A stretch of 64,000 nucleotides of DNA, from contig CM119263.1 of the NCBI GenBank assembly GCA_051294375.1, forward strand, positions 30,443,376-30,507,375. Reading direction: 5' to 3'. Of the stretch, positions 53,301-64,000 are shown piece after piece. Every line of letters starts with the position of its first letter. Positions within the stretch are counted from its first letter, which is position 1. Below the pieces are notes generated by a model, which saw only the letters and a program-made list of their open reading frames with translations, was not told the DNA's origin and did not search any database. The DNA is from Paraspadella gotoi (lineage: Eukaryota > Animalia > Chaetognatha). The position numbers and the translations under genes were made by a program.

Positions 53301-56300
53301 TTTTCTTTTTTGTTTTTGGGTGAAAGACCCATCTTCCTTTTCAACATACAATCAGTTGCTTACATTCTTTTTATATCCAATAATGCTGTTTATCATTTTC
53401 CACTTTTTCCCGCTGTCTTTTTCTATCTCAATTTTTTCACATATGTATTGATTACGTGAAATTTCTTCTTCTTTAAGTTTTCTCTTAACTTCACGAGAGA
53501 TGAAATTGAATTCCTTTCTCCACTTAGCTTTTTCAGCTGCAGTAATTGATCAAAGTATTTTTGTTGTTTTTTCTTCGCCATGGCACGTTTCCTTTTTATC
53601 CGTTATTGTATCTTTTGTAAGACTAAGTCCTTTCCAAATTTCGAAGCTGGCACTCTATTCACTCTCTGCTTTTGCCTGCACTGTACAATTTTGTCCACAT
53701 TTCGACTTTTTCCTCTGTGTTTTTTAAGCTGCCAAGACTTATCTGTTAAGATATTTGTTGAAATTAACGAGACAGGAATTCTTAAATTTTTCATATCAAT
53801 TTTCTTACCACTTTGTCGTTTTAAATGTTTGTTTGGTTGAACATAATTTTTGTAAGGCTTGGGAGATGGTCACTTCCCCATCATCTACACTTCATAGTTT
53901 TTATTTTTGTTGCTGTAAATTGATCACAGAAACATAATCTAAAAATGTTCCATTCCCATTATCTTACTGATGTAAGTCGGTTTTTTCATTGTGCACACTA
54001 TTTTAGTTGATATTTCACAATTAAAATCCACTAAATTTTCGCCAACAAGTGGAATAGTCCTTGACCCTGAAGTACTTAGAAGGACAGTTAAAGTCGCCTA
54101 GTTAGAAAATTTTGTTTTTTGAATTTTTCCACTTCAGACCATTTTTTTAATGAAATTTTCTGGAAAAGAACAACCTGAGATGATTTTACATTGTGCCTAT
54201 AACAATATTTTCTCCCTCAGGGGATTGGATTATCTCCGCTATTAACCCTCATTGGAAGTTCGAGCTTTCATTAAGTTCACGAGCACTATAATCACAGGGC
54301 ACGCCAATCACGACACCACTTTGCTGATGCCTGTGTTCATGGATTGTTTTGATCAAAAATTTAAAGTTTTTAAAATTTAAAGAATTTACATTGTAAGTCC
54401 TAATATCATTGAAAACCAATATTATTTCGCTTTTTTATCATTAGGTTTGCTATTAAGTTTTTTAGTTCAGTCAATCTCGATGGATTGCCATTTGTGTTAA
54501 GGAAAAGAATGTAATGCTGTTATTGTTCAGTTTCCATGGACTGGACTGTTTGGCTTTTTCTGGTGGTTTTCGTGAATTTTTTTAGTTTGGATTTAGAGTT
54601 TCAACAGTTCTTTAGGAAGAGTTTCTTCCAAACTCAGTCTTCTGCCCTCTGTGAGACATTGAGCAATAAGAAATTGTTGGCTTGTTTGNNNNNNNNNNNN
54701 NNNNNNNNNNNNNGGTTTGCACAGGAAACTTAATCCACGGGGAGTAGGGTGTCAAGCCGCGAAGAGAGCGTCACTAGAGGGGTATTGAAGGTGTGAAGGA
54801 ATAGAGGGAAAAATAATGGTATATTTCGCGAAGAGTAGAAACGAGAGAATGTATCGCTAGACAGTAGACAAAATATACTGAGGGGCAGGAGGAAAGAAGA
54901 AGAAGAAGAGGAAGAGGAGAATTGGACGGCAGGCTAAATCCTCCTCTGCTAATATAGTGAGTAAAGACAGTTAAAATGTTTTAAATTTATGTATCACCTT
55001 TTAGAATTGGCGTTAGAAAGGTGGAGATGAGAGAGCCTGCATTGATAGAGGCGTAAAAAAGAGAGAAGAATCTTGCTGACTGCTTCTCCTCCGCTTGGTC
55101 GAACTGATCACCGCCAAAGGCCGCCACGCAGGGCTTGATGCCGCCTGGGGAATGTAATTTGGAGAAAAAAAAAGTTAAGACTTTCGCCAAAACATTTTGA
55201 CCCCTTTCTTCCACTGCCGGAAAAGGCGCTCATCTAACCTGTGCCGACTCCGACGATGATAAGGCCGATGATGGGGCCATACCACGATCCCGGCCCCGCC
55301 CCTAATTCTGGAATCGTCGTCAGGGCCATCAGCAAATTGCCGAAGGCGTGGATGAGAGAAATGATCAGGATCGTCTTGTATTTTCCCCAATAGGCGTCCG
55401 CTATAACCGCGCCTGTCGATCGTCGGAATGACATCGAGATTGAATCAGGACGAATTACTCGCTCATTAACTGTAAAGCTAACTTACCCGCGACTGGAGAC
55501 AAGTAACATAACATATTGAAGCAGTGAGTCAGAGCAGTGGAGTCGTCGTCGTTAAAACCCACGACGTTCTGGTTAATACAACCACAATGAAAAGAGAACG
55601 TACTCCTTTAAAAGATATTTTTTTTATTATCTCGGGTATGTTTATTGACGTATTATAAAATTCTTGAGAAAGTACTTTCGTCGTTTAACTTTTTCTAACC
55701 TTGAAATAGGGAATCAAAACTGTCCTCATCCCATAGAAGGAAAATCTTTCGCAAAATTCATTTCCGAGGATAAAGAAAATGGCGATGGGAAAACCGCAGC
55801 ACTGGTCATCGAAAAAATTGGTGATAACTAAGTAAATCTCTTTTTATCAATCAAAAATATTGCTACAAGATTTCCATTTTTTTTGTGTTTTATTGCTTAA
55901 AATTAGCAAAAACTATAAAAATTATGGCACGACGACGATGATTGAATGATTTTAAAGAGTTTTTCCATTATTTGACCCACTTATCATGGAAATATTGAAA
56001 AACGCGAAGACAACTTTTTATGGGCTAAATGAATTTGTTTTTAAAAAATAAATTTTTTTCAACAAAATTTTTCTCTTTGCCTATGCATTGATAAATATTT
56101 AAATGCTTCAATCTTAAACTGTGCTTCACTAGTTAAAAAAGTGATAGTAAATATTGATGATGGACAAATGAATTTTATACTACAGAACTCTTAATGATAA
56201 AAAGTGATCAATTTTGGCCCGCCTTAATAAGCAGTCCCTGAGCTTAGGATCAGGCTGTAACACCGTGTACAGGCGGGTTAAGCGCCCCGTCCCTCTTAAC

Positions 56301-56657
56301 TGCTCAGCGACCACCGGGCTAGAACCCCGGGCCTTTGGGTTGGGAAACGAATGACTTGCCTTCTGCACCAATGGCCGCTGATGAACGAATGGTATAATAA
56401 TATATTCTGTAGAAGACGAAAATAGTAATAATAAAAATAGAAGTAGAAAAGAAGTGAGACGAGCTCTCTCTGATCCACTTTTATCAACGCCCGGACCAAC
56501 TTTACGGTCGGTCCTGCACCTGTCGTTTTTTTTTTGGCTTTGCCAAGTCTGTTTCTTTCCTCCCTCCTTTTTCCTTTTCTTCCTCGACTTCGTCTCTATT
56601 ATCGTTTTCTTGTTCCTCCATCGCGTTCAAAGGCAGAGCTTCCTCCTCCGACCCCAT
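35381..56657 (-). CDS. Proton-coupled oligopeptide transporter SLC15A1/2 (PEPT1/2-like), multi-exon, large TE-filled introns
   Basis: FFILGNEFCERFSFYGMR, GAVIADAYWGKYKTI, GTGGIKPCVAAFGGDQF, FYASINAGSLISTFLTP, TCYPLAFGVPA, PLPFFWSLYDQQG, QPEMMQVVNP, TQASLSMKS; some internal exon boundaries approximate. Confidence 0.93.
36344..36424 (-). ncRNA. Twister ribozyme, type P5 (family B), within element ~36289-36528 in an SLC15 intron; predicted cleavage C36398/A36397
   Basis: gttggc-aca-gcga-GA-CCG-tcctcggg-CAA-ccgc-GC-cagtgac..gtcaatg-aggg-U-CGG-AA-GC-cccc-aaa-gccaac; T1 covaried to CGG/CCG; upstream A box TGGCTCAGAGGG. Confidence 0.8.
39330..43112 (+). mobile_element. Non-LTR retrotransposon (LINE; APE endonuclease + reverse transcriptase), frameshifted, antisense in an SLC15 intron
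   Basis: INILFLNTNG (~40080), ILLGDFN, GSDHLP, SYRPISLISVVGKLLE, KGAPQGGIISP, YADD; 5' boundary uncertain. Confidence 0.9.
41514..42683 (+). CDS. LINE reverse transcriptase domain (fragment of frameshifted ORF2)
   Basis: 389-aa ORF with YRPISL, GAPQGG and YADD motifs. Confidence 0.85.
   Translation: MASHTVMLKSLPMLGIILLVEIMKECLMKGDFPRAWKHSNLRMLHKSGKDPTDVKSYRPISLISVVGKLLERCIKIEFVNQTKILQSMDPLQSAYIKGRGAQENVVRLVEDINSSFRKKKVYSGCSPRFSVAFNSMWSDGLILKMFKAGYPENLLRIVYSYLKNREMNVTEGDLVSKTVILQKGAPQGGIISPNLFTFYVDDLPTQHGLISKGAKYADDTSVWAKGKTIKEAQSKLQPVLHKIITWCETWQLQLSPGKSVATIFSRCPRHQKENLELYLRDEKIVTSKEFTLLGMTLDEKLMWTKFIDQLGDKAKKNFAINKLVKNKKSNNFKTVFQVYNSLVLSIFDYSSIVWLTMSDYQWSKVEKLHLRALRTFLRLPIHTSAKTSL
43843..45947 (-). 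repeat. ~235-bp direct repeats (43843-44079, 45720-45947) flanking a 1.6-kb GC-richer interval with broken minus-strand ORFs
   Basis: tgagactaaat..gaaagtactactcttccctctctgt occurs twice. Confidence 0.7.
51490..54688 (-). mobile_element. Mirror copy of the LINE (part of the inverted duplication)
   Basis: Reverse complement of 39910-43110, heavily frameshifted. Confidence 0.7.
54689..54713. other. Assembly gap (25 N)
   Basis: Run of n. Confidence 1.
56231..56303 (-). ncRNA. Twister ribozyme, type P5 (family A), within element ~56225-56393 in the first coding intron of SLC15; predicted cleavage 56280/56279
   Basis: Same as the 17491 copy, with P3 ctgta/tacag; L4 UCCUAAGC gives one T1 mismatch; A/B boxes upstream. 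Confidence 0.78.
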
Positions 56658-57280
56658 CTTAGATTAATAATACACATTTTCAATTTTCACCTTTTATTTT
56701 GGTTTCTTAAGAAACTTACCTTTTCTATTCTTCCACTTTTTTAATGTTTCTTTATGGTTTTTTTTCCTCGTAAACTTAATAATCCTTATATTCCGATTTC
56801 CAAATCCCAATAAGACAATTTGGAACCCGCCGCGAAAAAAAAATTCGGCCTTTGAAAACGCGTAGAGATTTTCACTTTTTGGAACGAGATATGCGTAGTC
56901 AAAACACGTTTTTTATAATATTCAATTATGTTTTTGCTTTAATGATTAAAGAAAGATGAAGGTCAAATTCAAGCTTCTCATTCAGAAATAAAGATAAATT
57001 TAGCTTCTGGAAGGTATAGCTCGGTTATGCTATAATAATTGAATTAATTTATACTAATAAGGGTGCCAGAAGAAAACTATGAAAAAAGGGTTTCATTAAA
57101 ATGAATTTTGTTTTAATAATAATCAACTAGGTCTTTAACGATTTTCAAATTAAATAAAATCAAATTCAAAATCAAAAACAAAATCAAATAAAAAAAATAA
57201 AAGTATAGTGATCTCGCCAGAAAAGAAAATTAATGAAAAAATTAAAAAAGAATGATGCGATAACAAATTATTGATTTAAT

Positions 57281-57410
57281 AATAATTGATTGATTGATGT
57301 AATAGTAATTGATTGATTGATGTAATAGTAATTGATTGATTGATGTAATAGTAATTGATTGATTGATGTAATAGAAATTAATTGATTGATATAATCGAAA
57401 TTGATTGATG
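57281..57410. repeat. AT-rich minisatellite, unit approximately aattgattgattgatgtaatagt
   Basis: Visible 23-27-bp tandem units. Confidence 0.85.
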
Positions 57411-57919
57411 GGATGATAACCAAATGATTTATGCAATAATTACCAAATTATTGATGCGATTATAACCAAATGATGTATGCGATAATAGTCATTCATTGAT
57501 TTGATGATAATCATTCATTGATGTGATGAGTCATTTATCATAAATAAAACAAACAAATGCGTGTATGAAAGACAGAGAGAGAGACAGAAAAAAAGATAGA
57601 AAGAAGCTGGACAGCTGCTGGACCGCCGCTGCAGAACGAACTCATTTTTAGACAAATCAGAAGAAGCTGCGATAGAATAAAAGAGAGCGACATATAATTA
57701 AGAGAGAGAAAAAGAGAGAGAAATAGTAGGAAACTGGACAGCTGCTGTAGCAGATTAATTTATGGATTATCTCAAATATTATTGTATTCTGATTAAGCTT
57801 TAATAAATTTTTGATCTATTGCCCTAAAAAAAATTCAACATTTTTTTAATAAAGATTTCTGTTCGAATCCAACTTTACAAATGACATTGGGAAAAATTTT
57901 GGTAAAAAAGTTGGAAAAA

Positions 57920-58950
57920 CGCACGATTCCGATAGTGTTGCATCTCAAGAGCTCGACTTTTTGTTCTTGTGGCATTTGATAAAGATTTTACTATTAAACA
58001 AGGCATGAGAAATGGATTACTCATCTCCGAAAAATTTTATAACCACGTTTTTACGATAAAAATGAAAGAGAAATTTTACTTTTATAAAATTACAAACAGG
58101 ATTACGGTATGTTAGCATTAGAAATGGTACTCCGAATTATGAGATTCCAAAAGCCTTGTATCCTTAGAGCTCGACTTTTTTTTCTTTTTAGTATTGACCA
58201 TTTTTTTCATATTAAACCACCATGGTAAAATGAATTGTTCCAGTTTTCATCGCGAAATTTGTATTTAAAAAAAAATTAACAAGTTTGAGCAAACAATGTC
58301 GTATCTGCCTACGATAATTAACATAAAGGTGACCCTATAGACCTTTCCCCAGTATGTATCCCTATCAGAACATACAATTCTACATGGTAGTATTATCCCT
58401 ATTGGTAAAAAAAATCATATATAACTTTGGTCCCCCCTCAAAAAATTATCTATTCCCACCCCTTTCTCTTCAGTCTCTTAGATATAGACGAGAATCTCGC
58501 TTAAAAAAAAATTCTACATTTTTCTAATAGAGAATTCCGTTCAAATCTGACTACCCAAATTGCAAACACGTTTGCCAGAAATTCGGTTAAAAAACACTTG
58601 TAAAAACACACGATTCCGAGAGCATTGCATCTGAAGAGCTTGTCCTATTTGTTTTATGGAATTTGATAAAGGATTTAATATCAAACAAGCCAGGGGAAAT
58701 GCAACTACTCATCTCGGAGAATTTTCAAACCTCATTTTTACTATAGAAATAAAAGGGAAAGTTTACAAACTTAAAATTGCAAACGGATTGCTATATGTTC
58801 CTGTTACATGAGCAACTTCGAATTTCGCATTCTGATAGCTTTGTGTCTGAAGAGCTTGTTCTATTTTTCTTTTTTCATTTTATAATGATTTTGACATAAA
58901 ATGATCAGGTTTAAATGAAATAGTCCGGTTTGAATCGCGAAATTTTTATT
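57920..58950. repeat. Degenerate direct repeats (~57920-58270 versus ~58608-58950) with internal subrepeat
   Basis: cacgattccga..gcatct.aagagct...atttgataaag recurs; agagct motif recurs four times. Confidence 0.65.
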
Positions 58951-61028
58951 TAAAAAGAAATTAAAAGGAAGGTTGAAGAAAAAAAACTGATTTTTCCTAA
59001 TATCTTTTGAAGGAATAAAGATAAAGGGATGGTAATAGTACCAAAAAATGAAGCCATAATCATAGGGCACATACAAGATACAATTTTAGAATTACTTATG
59101 CTGAAACCTTCTTACAGGGTGAGTGTCAAACTAAGTCAAAATTATAATGAATTTTAAAACTAATGACACCCATAAGAATAAATGAAAATTTAATTCTTTT
59201 AAATGATTCTGAAAGAAAAAAGGCTAAATTGTACTCTAGTAAAACTTTAAAGTTTTTTGGATAAAGAAAATGATTTTACAAGCATGCTTACAAAATTCTA
59301 CAAAATATTATTCACCATCACAGCTTAAGTATTTAATCTTTCTTTTCACCAGCAAAAAGTAAAGATTATTTTATGCTTGAGAACAGGGATGTTTACTGAA
59401 ATGAGCCGGAAGACTTTCACTTCTTCACTTTACTGTCATTTTTCAATAATAAAATAGGCGAATTTTTTAATTATTTAACTCTCACAGGCTTCACAAGACA
59501 TTATACTTTCATAATATCCCAATGTTAATGTAATTTATTATATTTTTTACCCAGAAATCATAAAATAACAGAAAGTTTGGATTCCCTTCGCTCGTTTAAG
59601 AAAAAAAAATTAACTAGCGGAATTATAAGTTTGTAAGGGAAGTCAGAATCGGCGAAAATCTTAAAAGGCGAGAAGTGTGAAAAAAAGGGTTGGAATTTTG
59701 ATTGGTTTCCTAAGATTTCTCCACAATGTGAGGTCCGATTAAAGCGAAACTTGAGATTTACAATATTCCCTGTATTCCACATCTATCGATATAAAATATA
59801 AGAAAAAAGTTACTGGCTTCTTTTTCTATAACGGCTTCCTATTAGATATTATGATTTTTCATTAATGACTTTCTAACAGAAATGATGTGTGATATCTATT
59901 AGAAAACTAAGACAGATTGTAATTTAACCTTGTGTTGTATAGATGCTCCCTCTATTTCCAGAAGACACACTGACTTCCCCTTCCCAAATTGAGTTATTAG
60001 ATATAATATATGCGATTTTATTCGAATACAACGAGGTTGATTCAGTACAATCATCATCAAACAAACAACAACAAAGACAGACTAAGTCTAAGCATAAAAC
60101 ATAAAAATAGAGAGAAAAAAAACGTTAATTAAATAAAATTAATTAATTAAAAATTTAAACAATTAAAATTGTTCTTATGTTGTAAAAAATGGAACAAGTT
60201 TCTGAAGAACAGTTATTTTCATTGTATATATCTTTGAGATAAAGGTTTTTCTTACGATTATTAAAAATTGTGGATAGGTCGTGGTATCCAAACATACTCC
60301 TAAGTTCTCTCACACTTTCCCATCGATTATATCCAAAATCTTTCGTACACCATCATTTACAGCAACATTAAGTCTATTCATATTACGATAACAGAAAATT
60401 TTTACTATCACACATAGGAGAACCGGAACACCAGTAAATTTTTTTAAGAAAGAAAGCAATATATATTTGTTTAAATAATATAGATTAAATACTAAATCCT
60501 TCATTAAATATAAAAATAGAAAATAGTAAAACAAGTAATTTGCAAATTTTCATAATCACGATTTAGGTATGTTGTGGTTTAACAATTGCCTTCAAATTCA
60601 GGAATCCTTTGGCCCAGTATCTGAAGGGCTTGCAAAAATTTTCTTTACATTTTATTTAGTTATTGTAATATGATATGAACATTTCAAAGTGAATTAGTTC
60701 ATTTTGGTTAAATTTTATTGATACTAAAAGTAAAAGAAGAGCTATCAATTGGAATTCTTAGAGTTTTCAACCGGAAGTCAGATTCGGGAGAAAAATCTTT
60801 TATGGCAAAAATCTTCCATTAAAGGGGTGAATTTTACAAAGATTGCGGTTAATATTTTCTATATCCATAGATGGATTTTCTTGTAACTTGATAATAACAA
60901 TATTGCACTTATTCTACATTAGGAGAAATCTATTAAAAAAACCTCTAGCTTTTTTCATCAGTTCAGTCCTACTTTATTGCAAAATATCTTCTGTAAGTTA
61001 AATTTAGAATTTTTTCTATGCGGCTAAA

Positions 61029-61200
61029 TTTTACTTTCGCCGACCGCGGTTTTTGGCGGCTTTTAAAAAACTATTTAAAATTAATTATTTATTTTTTAAA
61101 ATATTTCTTAATTACCTTAAACCTAAACCCATTTAACCCTAATCACCCCTAACCCTAAAACACCCTTAAACCAACCTAACCCCGGTCGGCGAAAGTAAAA
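61029..61200. mobile_element. MITE-like element with 18-bp terminal inverted repeats and internal CCCTAA-like repeats
   Basis: ttttactttcgccgaccg (61029-61046) / cggtcggcgaaagtaaaa (61183-61200). Confidence 0.65.
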
Positions 61201-62938
61201 GTAACCCTACTATGTTTTACTATGTAGTCGGGCAATGCATAAGTTCACCCCACCTATAAGCATTAGAGTGGAGCACTCAAGAACAAAAAAAATATTTTAA
61301 TGATCGAACAAGGATATTTAGATGTGAGGATAGTATGATTAACTAGTACAAAAAATATTTTGTTCATATTGTCTCGGGAACAGAATAGTAAAATATAATA
61401 TATTTGTAGTAATATTCTTATAAAATAGTAAATTTTAAAAATAATTTTTTTTAAACTTTTATTAAAGATTCAGATTTTTTATAAAAAGTCGAATCAAAAA
61501 TATAAAACATGTTATAAAAAATTCTGTCATCTTCAGCATTTAAAACGGGGAAAAAAGGTAAAAATTTATTACTTTTTTACTCTTTGTAGTAGAAACTTAT
61601 ATATATTAAAACGTTTTAATCATTTTTTGCGGTCTAAACATTAAAATATCATATAACATATTTTATAAAAATTTCTTAATTTTTTATGGCGAATCCGAAA
61701 ACCGCCTTGGGGGCCCAGAAAACCCCTAAGCCTGGTTCTAAGCCCAAGACCCGTTCCATGGCTGCAAGAGGGGGTTAAAGAAGTTGCGGATAGCACTCTT
61801 CAGTCCACTTAGAACCTTATTTCCAACTATAATTTTAAGATTTTGTATGTATGCGTTTTTGAATGGTCGATTTTTCTTAGCGGCGGGTTACAAATTGTCA
61901 CCATTTATTTTTGAATTTCCTCTTTTCACAATCTTTACGTCCAGTTAAAAAAAAGTATCTGAAAAGCTATTGATAAAAAAAACTAATCAATCAAGAGTAG
62001 TCTAAAACTTTAAAGTAGATAAGTTAGCTTTTCTCTTATCATGATTCGAACTAGCGTTAATTAATGAAACACTATCTCGAAACAATTATTTCTTTTTTAA
62101 TTCTATTTGATTTCTATCATCATAAAAAAATGTTCATATTATTAAAGAAAATCCAACTATCAGGGCTCCTGGCCGTATGTAATAGTACTCATAATCTATA
62201 ATTTCTTCTACAAAAAAAATAAGTGGTTTATTCACACGTTATTTTATAACATTTAACAATTCACATCACAATTCACAATAATAAAACTGACGGAAACTAT
62301 TTTCATTTATAACAGCGAAATGTTAAAAAAAAAAACTCGAAAATTTAGTCATATTTTCGAATCGGAATTCGATCGTCTAAGGTCAATCAACGAATAAATA
62401 TATAATAATTATTAAGGTGTCATATGAATAACTAAGTTGTCTTATTTTGATTCAATTTTCGAATGGACATTCGACCACTTTTTCTGGTTACTTCAAAATC
62501 AAAAACTATTTTGCGGAAAAGGATGGATTATTTTTGTATTTCGATCTCGGGGTCAAATCGATTGTTGGTTCGAACTGGTCGCTCTCTTCAAAATCTTCCA
62601 AAGATAATTCCTTCTTATGGATAAATCGGTTGAATCCGCGTCCCAAAGACGCCGGTTTTTTTCGCGTGGCCTCCCGATCGGTCATCTTCGCTTCTGAGGG
62701 TCGGGGGATATAAATTAGATAAAAATTATATTGCTAAAGGTAAGAATGCAAAATGGACTAGGAAATTGGTACGACCAATACGGTTCAGCTCTAATGGGAG
62801 TAACTTCAAGTGCTTACAGCACAAAAACGGTTTATGATAGAGAGAAAAAGGGATTATATTTGAAAACTAGGTTAAATTCTCTTTTGATCGATATCCAAAA
62901 CGTCTGAAAAATCCAACATCAAATACTGTAATTAAAGC

Positions 62939-63420
62939 TTTTTAGTCGGATCTGCTTTCACAGATCCCGACTCTATAATTCACTTTGTCGGTCCGCCCCC
63001 TCAATCTTGTCGGGTATTCACTTATATCATGTCAGAACATCGAATTATGATAAATTATGCAAAAAAACACAAAAAAACGTTGTCTGCCTGTCTGTCCGTC
63101 CGTCCGTCCGTCCCACCTTAGCAAAAAACACCAATTACTCGTGATAGGATGAATGGATTGGAATGAAATTTTGTGTGTGGGTAGGGAAGTGTGTGATTGA
63201 GCTGGATATGAAGTTTCGATGGAATCGTCCGAGTGGAAATGAATTTAAATGGAAAAAACAAAAAAATATATTTCACTATTTGAACACCAATTACTTATAA
63301 GTGTATAGAGCTATTGACTTGTATTTGTATTTGGGTAGAAAAGTGTGTGATTAAACTGGAAATCAAGTTTCGATGGAATCGTTTGAGTGGAAATGATTTT
63401 AAATGGAAAAAAAAACCTGT
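62939..63420 (+). mobile_element. DINE-1/HINE-like (Helentron-associated) non-autonomous repeat
   Basis: T-run, palindrome agtcggatctg..cagatcccgact, (GTCY)n microsatellite 63081-63113, internal ~165-bp tandem duplication. Confidence 0.5.
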
Positions 63421-64000
63421 TACACTAATTGATTATGTTTCTTTTTATTTTAAATTTAAATGCAAGATGTATTAATTAATCAAATAATTAATCAGTTAAT
63501 GAATTAGTCAATTAATAAGTCAATTAATCTCAAAAAAAATTTCGGATCAAATTAATTAATTAATTGCCTAATTAATTAATTAACTTGAATAAATAAATTA
63601 TTAATTAATTACGATATTGTTTTCTCAAACTTGTTGTATTACATGTCAAAATTCTTCGCGCTGCTTCCTGACAAAATTTGGGAAAATTTTTCTAAAAATC
63701 AAGATGAAGGATGGCCGCGCAGTTTTTCTGACTCCAATCTCCCTGATTAATGAAAATGTAGGATAGAGAAGCAAATGTCCCACGCATCCCCTCTAGAACT
63801 GTCGACTTTCTGACAGCAACAATAGTGATAGAAATAACAGCATTCCTAACGGGCACGGTCGGAGAAGCATATGCCGCTTTCTCTGATCCTTTGGAGAAGG
63901 ACATGGTTGCCGAAGGTAAATCTTTTTAATTGATTGTATTTTTATTACAATTTTTTACAATTGTATCAATTTTTTTAAATTTTTTTAATTACCCGATTAC

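Larger units (their letters stand above)
39910..54688. repeat. 7.3-kb inverted duplication (arms 39910-47230 and 47314-54688; 83-bp spacer)
   Basis: Right arm is the reverse complement of the left with many 1-bp indels; ends at the N gap. Confidence 0.95.

Noticed and set aside
54735-54795. TAA..GTCAAGC..GAGGGG twister-like words after the gap
   Set aside because: P4, T1 and T2 pairings cannot be formed
63692-63915. Possible exon near the window end (and GC-richer patch 62560-62710)
   Set aside because: No recognisable protein motif on either strand; insufficient support

Overview
Eukaryotic (invertebrate-animal-like) genomic window with GC-rich exons and AT-rich introns. Plus-strand spliced genes, in order: FOXRED1 (3' part), an RGS12/loco-like gene (PDZ-RGS-RBD-GoLoco), TSEN2, an HHxxxDG condensation-domain acyltransferase, GSK3, a large C2H2 zinc-finger/KE-repeat protein, RACK1 and EXO1. 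A convergent minus-strand SLC15A (PEPT1/2-like) gene spans 35.4-56.7 kb. Main discovery: about 10 short interspersed elements from at least three sequence families, each carrying a circularly permuted (type P5) twister self-cleaving ribozyme or a remnant of one. The fold is supported by compensatory changes in P2, P4, P5 and both pseudoknots. In two families the ribozyme sits behind a tRNA-like Pol III (A/B box) head and a conserved 5' hairpin. One copy with all core elements intact lies sense-oriented in a RACK1 intron, and two copies form a 422-nt-period pair in a GSK3 intron. Also present: a non-autonomous DIRS-like element (ITRs plus internal complementary region) in a FOXRED1 intron, an APE+RT LINE, a MITE, a DINE-1/HINE-like repeat, and a 7.3-kb inverted duplication ending at an N gap that is probably a fold-back/assembly artefact. 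All calls were made by eye; no searches or folding programs were run.
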